Below, one piece after another: positions 17,211-26,447 of a stretch of DNA of 64,000 nucleotides. Source of the DNA: a virus (lineage: Duplodnaviria; Heunggongvirae; Uroviricota; Caudoviricetes). The notes beneath the pieces are model-generated. The model was not told the DNA's origin. It did no database searches and saw only the letters and a list, made by a program, of their open reading frames with translations. Each line of letters opens with the position of its first letter. Position 1 is the first letter of the stretch. A program made the translations under genes and the position numbers. The stretch covers positions 24,956 through 88,955 of IMG/VR virus record IMGVR_UViG_3300049014_000001. One strand, 5' to 3'.

Positions 17211-17420
17211 CTAGCTTAACCTATGGCTAGGCCATACATGCTTAGTAGGCTTTCCGTCGATTCTAACGACAGTAACCCAGACATATTTAACGCCATGTAC
17301 GTTTGTATTTTCTACATGCTCATAACTGTAGATTTTAGCTATGTATCCGTTATCCCCTCTGTCCGGGGGACATTGGACAATCTTGCCGCATTTCAATTCA
17401 GAGATTTTCATTACAGCCAC
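17211..17420 (-). CDS. Hypothetical protein
   Basis: 69-aa track ORF. Confidence 0.4.
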   Translation of the reverse strand: MAVMKISELKCGKIVQCPPDRGDNGYIAKIYSYEHVENTNVHGVKYVWVTVVRIDGKPTKHVWPSHRLS

Positions 17421-17824
17421 TCCCTTGTGAGTGCATCTCCGTCCCCTTCAAACAAGGAATAGGACAGAGAGTAAACAGTATGGAATCCCATGTCCATTCC
17501 GCATCCGCTTACTTTCAAATACCCGTTATCGTCCGTCCCCCATTGCAGGATGTTATCCGCTAAGCCTGTAATGCCTTCAATATGTCCATTATGGACAATA
17601 AACAGAGACATTTTACGGGACATACCGGACTTGGCAACACTGCGAACGGTGCAGTAAATCTTGCTACCCTTTTGGATCATTTCACGCAAGCGCTTAATGC
17701 TGGCATTTCGCAGTTCCAATTTGCCCTTTTCTTGGCTCAATTGTTCACAGTCTTTGTGATATTCCGGCTTAGTAGTTTTAAAAACAGTACCGTCAACAGT
17801 TTTCAGGTAAGTGTATTTAGACAT
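17411..17824 (-). CDS. Hypothetical protein
   Basis: 137-aa track ORF. Confidence 0.5.
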   Translation of the reverse strand: MSKYTYLKTVDGTVFKTTKPEYHKDCEQLSQEKGKLELRNASIKRLREMIQKGSKIYCTVRSVAKSGMSRKMSLFIVHNGHIEGITGLADNILQWGTDDNGYLKVSGCGMDMGFHTVYSLSYSLFEGDGDALTREWL

Positions 17825-17827
17825 GGC

Positions 17828-18145
17828 TTAATTTCCTTTCAGTTTAAATTCAATGTACGTCACTGGTTGAAATTCAATCCCGTAACGCGTCAAAAACGCA
17901 CCATAGGCGCTTGCAAGCGTTTGGAAGGCGTTAGCATCATCCGACAAGCCTAGAAGCTCTAAACGCTTGTCTATGGCCTTTTCGTAGCACTCTGCGAAGT
18001 ATTCCGGGTTAGCGCCTATGTCCGTGCTGTAGGACGTGCCCATTTCGTTTTTACCAGTGATTCGCAGAACGTAGCTGTTAGCGTTTTGCTTGTGCTTTCG
18101 GAATGTGATTCCGATAGGGCTACCGTCATTATGTAGCAGTTTCAT
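17828..18145 (-). CDS. Hypothetical protein
   Basis: 105-aa track ORF. Confidence 0.5.
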   Translation of the reverse strand: MKLLHNDGSPIGITFRKHKQNANSYVLRITGKNEMGTSYSTDIGANPEYFAECYEKAIDKRLELLGLSDDANAFQTLASAYGAFLTRYGIEFQPVTYIEFKLKGN

Positions 18146-18357
18146 ATTATCCCCTCAAATAGCCGCACAGAGCCGCGACAAGCGTAGCAGCTACAATTAC
18201 AGCAATGTCCCCGGCCAAAGTCGTTTCATAGTTATTCGGGTGCAGTTGGCGAGGTGTAAACAGTTTTGCTCTCAATTTCTGTACTTTAGTACGAATCATT
18301 TGTCTCTCACTTTTGGAGTTAGTCCGTGTATGCCCTCACACAAAGGGCATAAGCTGA

Positions 18358-18546
18358 TTAACTAAAATCTACATCTTTGCTAGTTTTCATACACAAAGAG
18401 CATGAAATGCTGTAGCCCTCTGATTTGGGGAACACCGTTTTAAAATGCTTTACAATTTCTTTTGCGGAATCTTTATGCAAAATGCTACGTTCAGCAGTAG
18501 CAAAGTAATGTTTCCCGTTCTTTGCAACGTTAATTTCATAGAACAT
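18358..18546 (-). CDS. Hypothetical protein
   Basis: 62-aa track ORF. Confidence 0.4.
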   Translation of the reverse strand: MFYEINVAKNGKHYFATAERSILHKDSAKEIVKHFKTVFPKSEGYSISCSLCMKTSKDVDFS

Positions 18547-18665
18547 TTTATTGCCCCTTGATTGCTTGTTTAATTGCTTTGTAAGCCAAGTACGCTTGAT
18601 AGCGTGCGGCCTGATTTTGTGGCGTTACGACATAAGGCATTGTTTAGGCCCTTTCGTTTGATTAG

Positions 18666-18968
18666 TTATTTCTTTTTAAGTTGTCCATTCGATTTAAGGC
18701 GCTTTACCTCTTGCAAGGCAATGATAAGCGAATCAAGGGCATCATCAGAAACATTGATAGTGTCGCCCATGCGAGATGTAATAACCGTAGGCAAATAATC
18801 AAGTGCTAACACTGTAGCAGAATTTAATGCGTCGCCTTTAACGTTAGCGCCTACAGCGTAGATAATTTCCAGCACAGCGCTAGCGGATTCCGTCCTGTTC
18901 ACATATTTTTGGATAGGCATGTTAAACCCCACAGAGAATGAACAAAGCCGATTCGACAGACCATTCAC
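18666..18968 (-). CDS. Hypothetical protein
   Basis: 100-aa track ORF. Confidence 0.45.
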   Translation of the reverse strand: MNGLSNRLCSFSVGFNMPIQKYVNRTESASAVLEIIYAVGANVKGDALNSATVLALDYLPTVITSRMGDTINVSDDALDSLIIALQEVKRLKSNGQLKKK

Positions 18969-19141
18969 GCTTTTTCAAATACAAGGCAGCAACTTTAATA
19001 CCCAGTGTGCGTTTAATGATTCGTGCCCGTTCGATATGAGACACGTTATTTTTCAATTGAATCTTTGCCATGATGTACCCTTTCAAATAAAACATTGCAT
19101 GTAATAACGCACGTTTGATAATGCGTTATGGCCTGAAATGT

Positions 19142-19360
19142 TCAGTCTTTTTCTTTACCGTCAATGATTGTGCAAACCGTGGATTCCGATACATACCAGT
19201 CGCCCATGCCGAAAGCTACAGTAAAGCCACTACCAGAGCGCATAACCCACGCGTTAATGTGGATTGCACATCCTTTGTACTCTTCTGTAAGGCTTTTCTC
19301 TTTTGCCTTAGCTAGAATATTGTCGTAGTCCGGGCCGGAATAAGTGAGAGGGCGATTCAT
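19142..19360 (-). CDS. Hypothetical protein (start re-set to MNRPLTY after GGGGGTGAAA RBS)
   Basis: Track ORF with a better internal start. Confidence 0.45.
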   Translation of the reverse strand: MNRPLTYSGPDYDNILAKAKEKSLTEEYKGCAIHINAWVMRSGSGFTVAFGMGDWYVSESTVCTIIDGKEKD

Positions 19361-19871
19361 TATTTCACCCCCGCGATAAAGGCTTGCATCCATTCAAGCA
19401 TTGCTTGATCGTTAGTTTCAAATTCGATAATCATATTTTCACCTATTGGTGTTGGTTGACAAAATCGAATGACCTATTTCTAAGTCACTCTGTTTTACCA
19501 ACTTGCTAGAGACATTCCCATGTGTCTAGCGTGGTGCGCTGTATTCTCATGTCGTCCCGACATTAGCAGCGCCGAATAATTAGATTGTTAAAGAACTGAC
19601 TTCTTGGCTTTGGCTCTTTTCGCTTTAGCTTCATCTCTCTGGCATCCACCTTTAAGACTCTGCACACTCTAAGAACTACTTGCCTACTTCACCGCAACAG
19701 CGTTTTGTGCTGCGATGTAGGTATATTAGGGCATTCAAAGGGGATATGCAATACCCTTTTCAAATTATTTTTGATACGTTGCGTTTTGTTCCTTCCACGC
19801 TAGCTATAAAGAAATTGCGCACGTGCATACACGCACGCGTAGCAAGTAGCGTGCCAGCACTACATAGCTAC

Positions 19872-20664
19872 TTATCCACAGAATCCACCTAAGTTATACA
19901 CATGCCTCTAGAATCGATTATAAAGGCCCCCGTTTCAACGCAAGGCGTTAGCTAGCTCTCGCTATCAATCAAAGCTTGCGCGTCTCCTAGGCCCCTTAAA
20001 ACGCGTTTAAATGGCATGTGGATAACCACAAAAAGCTGTGGATAAGTAGCGTTTTATGTAAATCCGTCTCTTGAGACATGCAAATTTACATGGCTTGACA
20101 TATAAGTCTTACAGATTATCCGGCAAGGAAAGCGGCAGAGAATTTGCAGAAAATACCTAAATATTCAATGGAATCAACAACTTAAGTCTTCTACAAGAGT
20201 GGCAACAGGTCTTCTATAAGACACAAGACAACTCTTATATAAGACATAGGACTACTCTTGTATATGAGTGACATAAAAGCAACTTTCTAAGTCTTATATA
20301 AGAGTTGCTAGCTAATGGGTAGTTGCCTGTTAGGGAGCTAGGGTAGGCAGGGAGGTAAGCAAAGCAAGGGTATGCCTAATAAGCCTAGTTTCCACCGTTC
20401 GGGCTTGTTAGCATGGTAAGAACAGAAAAGCGTATGTATGCATAGCTGGCATACGTATTGCTTTATACGCTGCTGGCATGGCTTTTGCTATGTAACAATT
20501 GCTCTCATACTTGTACGTATAGCAACGATGTACAGGCATACAGCATTGTTGTATCCAGAGCAAAAAATGTGGATAACATGTCTTCGGGGTAATTTTCGAC
20601 AAAGTTGTCCACAAGGCAGGCCCAAAATCCGTCTAAAACGTTAGTTGTCCACAGCTTATCCACA
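19872..20664. promoter_or_regulatory. Cluster of DnaA boxes (TTATCCACA-type) in a non-coding region
   Basis: Perfect 9-mers at 19872-19880 (+), 20018-20026 (-), 20038-20046 (-), 20568-20576 (-) and 20656-20664 (+); 8/9 matches TTGTCCACA at 20605 and 20645. Confidence 0.65.
20187..20305. repeat. Five iteron-like 13-bp palindromic repeats, four of them phased at exactly 23 bp
   Basis: tcttctacaagag (20187), tcttctataagac (20210), tcttatataagac (20233), tcttgtatatgag (20256), tcttatataagag (20293); consensus TCTTnTAtAAGAs. Confidence 0.7.
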
Positions 20665-20919
20665 GAAACGTTGCGTTTATGCAACTGTGGTGCTAAAGCG
20701 ACAACTACCCCGGATTTCCAGCACCGGACAAGCCTAAGTTGACGCTAAGAAAGAACCTCAAAATTCCCCAGTCCTCGGGCAAATTCCGCCTTTCATTTTC
20801 AAAGTGAAAATCGAAAACGACTTTTGGAGCGTTTAAATTCCTACGGTGGACATTCTCCCCTAAAAAGAAAAACCACGCTCTTTGGCGTGGTTCTGAAGCG
20901 TTCTAGGGCTATTATTTTG

Positions 20920-21321
20920 TCAGACGTATTTCTCAGGCTCAAATGCTTCCATCAGGCCATTGAAATTGTCCGGGTCGCCGTCGCTGTAGGAATAATCGGC
21001 AACCACTTCTGAGCCATCATCGGCATTACCCAGAACGATGAAAATGTAATGCTCTTTGAATCCCTCTTTCCGTACCCATACACTTGATTCGTCCAAGTTG
21101 AAAATCAGCTCCATTGCGTCAGTGATTTGACTGGTTTCGGAGTAGGTCTTTTCCATTGTCTCTCCGTCCCATACGCCAGAAATGCGGAAGCCATTCTTCA
21201 CAAGCATTTCAAGCAAGGCGAACACAACCCGGCGTTCATTCTTGGCACGAATGTGCATTGGTTCATCCTTGTACAGGATAGCGTCGATCTTCAAATCAGG
21301 GACAGCGATAACTTGATGCAT
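20920..21321 (-). CDS. Hypothetical protein
   Basis: 133-aa track ORF. Confidence 0.5.
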   Translation of the reverse strand: MHQVIAVPDLKIDAILYKDEPMHIRAKNERRVVFALLEMLVKNGFRISGVWDGETMEKTYSETSQITDAMELIFNLDESSVWVRKEGFKEHYIFIVLGNADDGSEVVADYSYSDGDPDNFNGLMEAFEPEKYV

Positions 21322-21333
21322 GTTATTTTCCTT

Positions 21334-21648
21334 TCAGTGTGTTGGAGCGTCATAAATCAACCATACTTCACCTTTTACAGCTTCACCCTTACGGGAGACG
21401 AGATTACATCCTATTGGCGCTCCAGCGTGTAATAGAGCCAATGAAGCGTATTCATCCTGATTCCGGCTGAAGCCTATCTTCTGCCTGCGCCTACTCTGGT
21501 ACAGCATTGGAGCTGCGAATAACGGGCCTTCACCCTCTACAGGGCCATCCGTGCCATACACTGTGTGAGCTGCTGTAGGGTTGCCCTTGTCATCCTGTGC
21601 AAAATGTTCCATCAGGATAACATAGTGCTTATATTGCCTAGCCACCAT
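21334..21648 (-). CDS. Hypothetical protein
   Basis: 104-aa track ORF. Confidence 0.5.
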   Translation of the reverse strand: MVARQYKHYVILMEHFAQDDKGNPTAAHTVYGTDGPVEGEGPLFAAPMLYQSRRRQKIGFSRNQDEYASLALLHAGAPIGCNLVSRKGEAVKGEVWLIYDAPTH

Positions 21649-21740
21649 GATAGTCTCCTAGTTGCTGGAACATAAAATTCTAGGCCAAAAATTAACGGCC
21701 CACAAGAGGCCGTTGTATTTAAAATATCACAGGTGAAATA

Positions 21741-22004
21741 TCACTCCACTGGGATGTAGTCCATTGGGTCACGCTTGTACAGGATGTGAATGTCACCGTT
21801 GATGCGACGTTTGATGACAGCGTGCAGTTCGCCAGTATCATCATCCCACACTTCCGCAAGCATTGCTCCGTAGTCGTTCACTTGCATGTGCATGATGCAA
21901 GCAGCCACAGCACGGTTGGCGTTAGAGGACGAATTGGTACGTACCTCGTTTTCATGGGAAGCTACTGGTTTGTTCCAATAGGTTGTCTTGATGTTACGGC
22001 TCAT
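21741..22004 (-). CDS. Hypothetical protein (start re-set to MSRNIKT after GTGGAG RBS)
   Basis: Track ORF with a better internal start. Confidence 0.45.
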   Translation of the reverse strand: MSRNIKTTYWNKPVASHENEVRTNSSSNANRAVAACIMHMQVNDYGAMLAEVWDDDTGELHAVIKRRINGDIHILYKRDPMDYIPVE

Positions 22005-22095
22005 GATGAACTCCACAAGTTTTAAATTATGGAAGCAACACAACGTCGCCTCCGATAAATACATAGTACTACTTACTTACGTACTGAGTCAAGGA

Positions 22096-22320
22096 CTATT
22101 TCGTCCACAAGTGCTCATACCCGCCACAATATGTACGCTGCTGGCAACAGCACGATCCGCACTCTTCTACCTTCGGAGCTGACTTAGTTGGAATCACCAT
22201 CAGCAGGAACAGCAGCAGAGCAATTGCCACTACCATTAAGCCTACTCCAGCTTTCCATATTGGTTGCTGCGAACGTGGATACTTCATGGCACCCTTACTT
22301 GTTTGCCACAGCACGGACAC
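22096..22320 (-). CDS. Small membrane protein with C-terminal Cys cluster
   Basis: 74-aa track ORF; hydrophobic helix LMVVAIALLLFLLMVI. Confidence 0.4.
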   Translation of the reverse strand: MSVLWQTSKGAMKYPRSQQPIWKAGVGLMVVAIALLLFLLMVIPTKSAPKVEECGSCCCQQRTYCGGYEHLWTK

Positions 22321-22469
22321 AGAATGTAGGCGTAGTAGTCCCGGCTACCCGTATAGTCCGTGTCGAAGTCCTGCCTACGCTCAGAGAACGTGTATTTCAA
22401 CAGGCTTGCGCATTGCTTGCACGTGGCGAATTTGTATGCTGCTTCGTTTTTACCGATAATCTCAGGCAT
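22284..22469 (-). CDS. Zinc-ribbon small protein
   Basis: 61 aa with CKQC...CPCC. Confidence 0.4.
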   Translation of the reverse strand: MPEIIGKNEAAYKFATCKQCASLLKYTFSERRQDFDTDYTGSRDYYAYILCPCCGKQVRVP

Positions 22470-22472
22470 GTC

Positions 22473-22685
22473 TTATCCTTTCGCTGCGCAGATGTTCAAC
22501 GCAACAATGCCACGTGCATTACGTGCTGCCAAACTAGCAGCAGACATGCACGCCTCTTTACTGTTAAATTCAACTGCTACACTGGTAACAGGACTTTTCT
22601 GATACTGGTCAGTAACCAGTGCGAAAATGAGAATCCATTTCATTGAAAATTCTCCCACTGACGTTTGGTATCCGTGCGTTCCCAC
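22473..22685 (-). CDS. Small secreted or lipoprotein-like protein
   Basis: Track ORF; the internal start MKWILIFALV has a signal-peptide character. Confidence 0.4.
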   Translation of the reverse strand: MGTHGYQTSVGEFSMKWILIFALVTDQYQKSPVTSVAVEFNSKEACMSAASLAARNARGIVALNICAAKG

Positions 22686-22798
22686 TGCTTGCCACGCTTG
22701 GCCTCTTGGCTACGTTCAGCCTGTTCATTGCCACGTGGTGGACGTGCGTTACGCTCTTTGCGTTGAGTGCGTTCGAAATTAGTATTGCCTTGCATATT
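22640..22798 (-). CDS. Small basic protein (51 aa)
   Basis: ORF below track threshold; RBS AAGGAA-6-ATG; Lys/Arg/Gln-rich. Confidence 0.3.
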   Translation of the reverse strand, partial: NMQGNTNFERTQRKERNARPPRGNEQAERSQEAKRGKQWERTDTKRQWENFQ

Positions 22799-22829
22799 AC
22801 ATTCCTTAAGTTAAATTATTGGCGAGATG

Positions 22830-23039
22830 TTAGCCGACTCGCAGCATTCCACAATCGTTGCAACCGTAGGATAGGTTATCGTCCCACAAGTTCCTGCTAC
22901 CACAACGGTAGCAACGTCCTGTAAAATCCCCGGTCGGTTCATTATTGGGATTGTTGCACTGCATATCCGAAGATTTGCGGAAGTCCCAAGCCTTGTTTGT
23001 ATATGGGTTGTAGCTCATGGTTACAGGTAACGACGGCAT
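22830..23039 (-). CDS. Cys-rich zinc-binding small protein
   Basis: Track ORF; CYRCGS...CNDCG. Confidence 0.4.
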   Translation of the reverse strand: MPSLPVTMSYNPYTNKAWDFRKSSDMQCNNPNNEPTGDFTGRCYRCGSRNLWDDNLSYGCNDCGMLRVG

Positions 23040-23446
23040 TCCATCTTCTCAGCTTTACGAGCCTTACGATTTTGGAAGTCAGGATTAGGCGCAGAGTACA
23101 CCTTACGGCCATACTGCGAACGGACAGGCAATGGGCCAAAGCTACCAGTATAGCGGCCTTCACGCTTGTTACGGCTCATGAACACACGTTCGACGCTCAG
23201 GACGTTGGACAAGGCAGCAGACATACTCTCTGAGGCGATGCAGTGGCCGATGTGAGACAGCTTGTAACCATCAGGGTTATTGACGATATTAACAAGAGGG
23301 GAGCTAACTTCGACAGGAAAATCGGCAGATTCGACAAACCAGCGCTTGCCTTCAGGAGCATCCTTGCCAGCGTCACGTGCGATGTTGCCGGTGTTGGAAG
23401 CGAAGTCACGAGCGAGGGTACGGGTAGCGAAGAAAATTTTGGACAT
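23021..23446 (-). CDS. Hypothetical protein
   Basis: 141-aa track ORF. Confidence 0.45.
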   Translation of the reverse strand: MSKIFFATRTLARDFASNTGNIARDAGKDAPEGKRWFVESADFPVEVSSPLVNIVNNPDGYKLSHIGHCIASESMSAALSNVLSVERVFMSRNKREGRYTGSFGPLPVRSQYGRKVYSAPNPDFQNRKARKAEKMECRRYL

Positions 23447-23623
23447 TTCAATTCCTTTAGAGGTTTGGTTAGTAGCGCTACGTAATGTTGCGCAGTAGTT
23501 GTTGAAGCAATGAGGCCATTATGCACAAGCTTTTTTAGCTTTGCAAGCACTATTTTGAAATATTGGGAATTTTGTACAACAGGATAAAACGACCGGGGCA
23601 TTGCACCCCGGCCTTTGCACAGC

Positions 23624-24364
23624 TTACTTCTTGGCCTTGCCTGAAGACTTCTTAGCTGCTACACGCTTACGGGCTGGAGCACGCTTAGCTACAGGGCGTG
23701 GAGAGACGATAGGAGCCGTGGCAGGCATCGGAGCAACTGGAGACGTTCCAACAGCAGCCAGTGCTGCCTGACGCTCTTTAATCAGAGCTTGTGCTTCTTG
23801 CTCGATGGCAGCATTGTACTTGACAGTGAGGTCAGCATAAGCTACCTTAGCGTTTTCGTAATCGGTCTTGAAAGATTGCAATTGAGTGTTCAGAGACACA
23901 ATTTGTTCCTCCACGCTACCAATGGCAGCTTGCATCTGTTGCAGCCGGTCGTTATCTGCCACAGCTTGACGCCACAGGGCAGCGCTAGGCAATTCACCAG
24001 CCACAGCAACAGGTGGAGTATCAATCGAAGGAAGGGCGCTTGCCGGTTGCAACACAGACGGCAATACCGATTCCGTTGCTGCCCCGGACAACAGGTTAGG
24101 CAGTGGGCGGGACACACGTGGGAGACGTTGACGCAGACGGACAACGGTGTCGCCACGGTTGGTGCTTTGTTTGAAGCGTTCCATCAGTACGCGTTCATCA
24201 GCAGCCGACAGCGGGCCGGTTTGATGGTAGTAGTCCAGTGGAACCCAGACAGGGTTGCCAGTGCCGTTCCACGCCTGAATCTTGTTACCTTTCATGGTAT
24301 CTGCGAGGAACACAACACCTTCTTGTTTAGCAGCGTCGAAACGGCACAGGATGTCGGTAGTCAT
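23624..24364 (-). CDS. Coiled-coil protein with basic KRAPARKRVAAKKSSGKAKK tail (DNA-binding candidate)
   Basis: Track ORF; start re-set to MTTDILC after AAGGAGAA RBS. First gene of the minus block, reading away from the 24.5-24.7 kb divergent region. Confidence 0.5.
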   Translation of the reverse strand: MTTDILCRFDAAKQEGVVFLADTMKGNKIQAWNGTGNPVWVPLDYYHQTGPLSAADERVLMERFKQSTNRGDTVVRLRQRLPRVSRPLPNLLSGAATESVLPSVLQPASALPSIDTPPVAVAGELPSAALWRQAVADNDRLQQMQAAIGSVEEQIVSLNTQLQSFKTDYENAKVAYADLTVKYNAAIEQEAQALIKERQAALAAVGTSPVAPMPATAPIVSPRPVAKRAPARKRVAAKKSSGKAKK

Positions 24365-24766
24365 GGTAGTTCTCCTTAATGGTGGGTAGACACAAAATTT
24401 AAGAGGCTTGCTTACGTCCCTTACTAATGTTCGTCGGACAGAGACAAGTTTAGACTCTTTTTTAAGCAGCGCAAGAAGAATTTCAATCGTGCGCAGCAAA
24501 AGCCACGAAAAATATGCAACGTTAATAATTGGAAAAAGTTGTTAATTATCAAGGAGATAGGTAACACTAGCTACTTATGTATGGGCATCCAGTATTTTCT
24601 TGCGGTGTGACATGAAAACTGCTAATATGTATAGGTGGGCAGAGGCTAAGCCTACGTAGACAGCGATGCTTTGTAAGCTTCGATAGCCGCTGCATTGCCT
24701 AAAACTTAACTAACTTGCTAGGAAGCAAGGTAGTGTTGTATTCTCGCAACGTTAGGCGTTGCCAGC

Positions 24767-25303
24767 ATGGATTTTGATGTCCTGAATGAGGAAGTCTCTC
24801 TAAGAAAGAACCCAAAAATTCCCCAGTTGGCTTGGAAATTTGAGCTGTATGCTGGCTGGAACAATTTTGAAAATAGTTTGGTAGCACTACTTGACAAGCT
24901 ACAAAAACACAGGCAAGATGTCATCTTCGACCAATCAAAGGAGAAACTTATGAACGTAGTAGTAGCGATCATTGATGAAGCATTGTCCCGTCTGTGGAAC
25001 GGGGAAAACGAAAACGACTTCTACATTGAAGGCCAAGTTCAACTTGAACGTTATGCTTGTCATGCAGTAGTTAGGGGAGCAATGGTGGTGCTTGGCATGG
25101 ACTATGACAGTTCTCAAGCACATGACGAAACTCTGAAGATCACCAAACGCATTGAAGATCGTATTGAGTACTACTTCACTGCTACTTCCTACTTGCGGGA
25201 AAAGGATGAGAACTTTGATGAGTCCACAGTGTATGCCCAGAACTTCCGCAAGCAAATGCTGCTGGACATTCGTAACCAACTGATGGAAGAGGCCCAAGGA
25301 TGA
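24767..25303 (+). CDS. Hypothetical protein
   Basis: 178-aa track ORF; first gene of the long plus-strand block. Confidence 0.5.
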   Translation: MDFDVLNEEVSLRKNPKIPQLAWKFELYAGWNNFENSLVALLDKLQKHRQDVIFDQSKEKLMNVVVAIIDEALSRLWNGENENDFYIEGQVQLERYACHAVVRGAMVVLGMDYDSSQAHDETLKITKRIEDRIEYYFTATSYLREKDENFDESTVYAQNFRKQMLLDIRNQLMEEAQG

Positions 25304-25599
25304 ACGCCAACAAAGAAGGTTTGATTGCTCAGATCGAAAGCATCAAATCCAGAATCGTGAAGGATATGTCAGGTTGTCACTACATCTGTGTTCACGCGCA
25401 AGGCGAAGTGTTTGAAGAAGACATTGTTAAGATGGTTCGTCGTCACATCGGGAGGGCATACACGCTAGATGCCTTCCTGAAGAAGAAGTGGAAGATGAAG
25501 GCTTCTGAGGAATTGGACATCGAAGTAGTCAACAGCTATCGCGTCTGCATGCTGAACAACATGATTAAGATGGTGAAAGAAGGCAAGCATCGTGGTTAA
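25300..25599 (+). CDS. Hypothetical protein
   Basis: Track ORF; overlaps the previous stop. Confidence 0.45.
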   Translation: MNANKEGLIAQIESIKSRIVKDMSGCHYICVHAQGEVFEEDIVKMVRRHIGRAYTLDAFLKKKWKMKASEELDIEVVNSYRVCMLNNMIKMVKEGKHRG

Positions 25600-25798
25600 G
25601 CGGTGGGAGCCATTTGCAAACTACACTGACAGGTGGGATGGATACTGGACAGCCACATGTGTTCAAGCCCTGAATGGTAGGTACGTACTACACTCTACCT
25701 ACGTGAACGAGACAGCAAGGCTTCGTGCTCAAATCAAGCGCATGGGCCAGCAAATATCTAATTTACAAACCAAATTGGAGTTAAAATATCATGAGTGA
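25592..25798 (+). CDS. Hypothetical protein
   Basis: Track ORF in tight array. Confidence 0.4.
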   Translation: MVKRWEPFANYTDRWDGYWTATCVQALNGRYVLHSTYVNETARLRAQIKRMGQQISNLQTKLELKYHE

Positions 25799-26447
25799 AG
25801 CACAGGTAGAATTTGATTCGAAAGTAGTCATTCGTGGTGGCTTCCCAGCAGAAGACTACTCGCAGGAGGATATCAAGAATGAGCCGATGTTCTTCAACTG
25901 CGACTTGGATTTTGCTTATAAGCATGGAGGCGAAATTACGAGAGACTTCATCTATTTCATGCCGAGCGATTGGAGGGATAGCAACCCAGTGTTTGATTCC
26001 CGTGTTCATATGCTGATGAAGGATTGGTATCCTTGCATACCCGGCTGGCACCATGACGATATTCCACGCAACACTCCTACAGGGCAACCAAATTACGAGA
26101 ATCCAGCGTATCATTCGGAACACTTGCTGGGACTTGTGAATGCGGAAATCTGTCCAACTCTGTTCATTCAGGACAATGTTATTGTGACGGAGCCTGATAT
26201 CAACGGTCGCGTCTACCAGACGTGGGATGCAGAGATTCGTAGCAAGCAGTACAAAACGTATGAAGCTGAATCTGGTTTGTACCTGCAATTCAATGCAGAC
26301 ACTTTCCACACAGGTACGAAGGCTAAGGAACAAGGCTGGCGCTGGTTTGCTCGTGCATCACGTAATACAGACCGCCAGCGTACTATCACTAACGAAATCC
26401 GGCGTCAGGTTCAGGTATATCTTGAAACACCCGAAGCCGGATGGTAA
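25791..26447 (+). CDS. Hypothetical protein with HxD...H arrangement (cupin/2OG-oxygenase-like?)
   Basis: 218 aa; GWHHDD...FHTG. The oxygenase assignment is very tentative. Confidence 0.5.
   Translation: MSEAQVEFDSKVVIRGGFPAEDYSQEDIKNEPMFFNCDLDFAYKHGGEITRDFIYFMPSDWRDSNPVFDSRVHMLMKDWYPCIPGWHHDDIPRNTPTGQPNYENPAYHSEHLLGLVNAEICPTLFIQDNVIVTEPDINGRVYQTWDAEIRSKQYKTYEAESGLYLQFNADTFHTGTKAKEQGWRWFARASRNTDRQRTITNEIRRQVQVYLETPEAGW

Noticed and set aside
20408-20644. ORFs 20408-20614 (-) and 20438-20644 (+) within the DnaA-box/iteron locus
   Set aside because: Overlap each other and the DnaA boxes; no RBS; Cys/His/Trp-rich nonsense-like translation.
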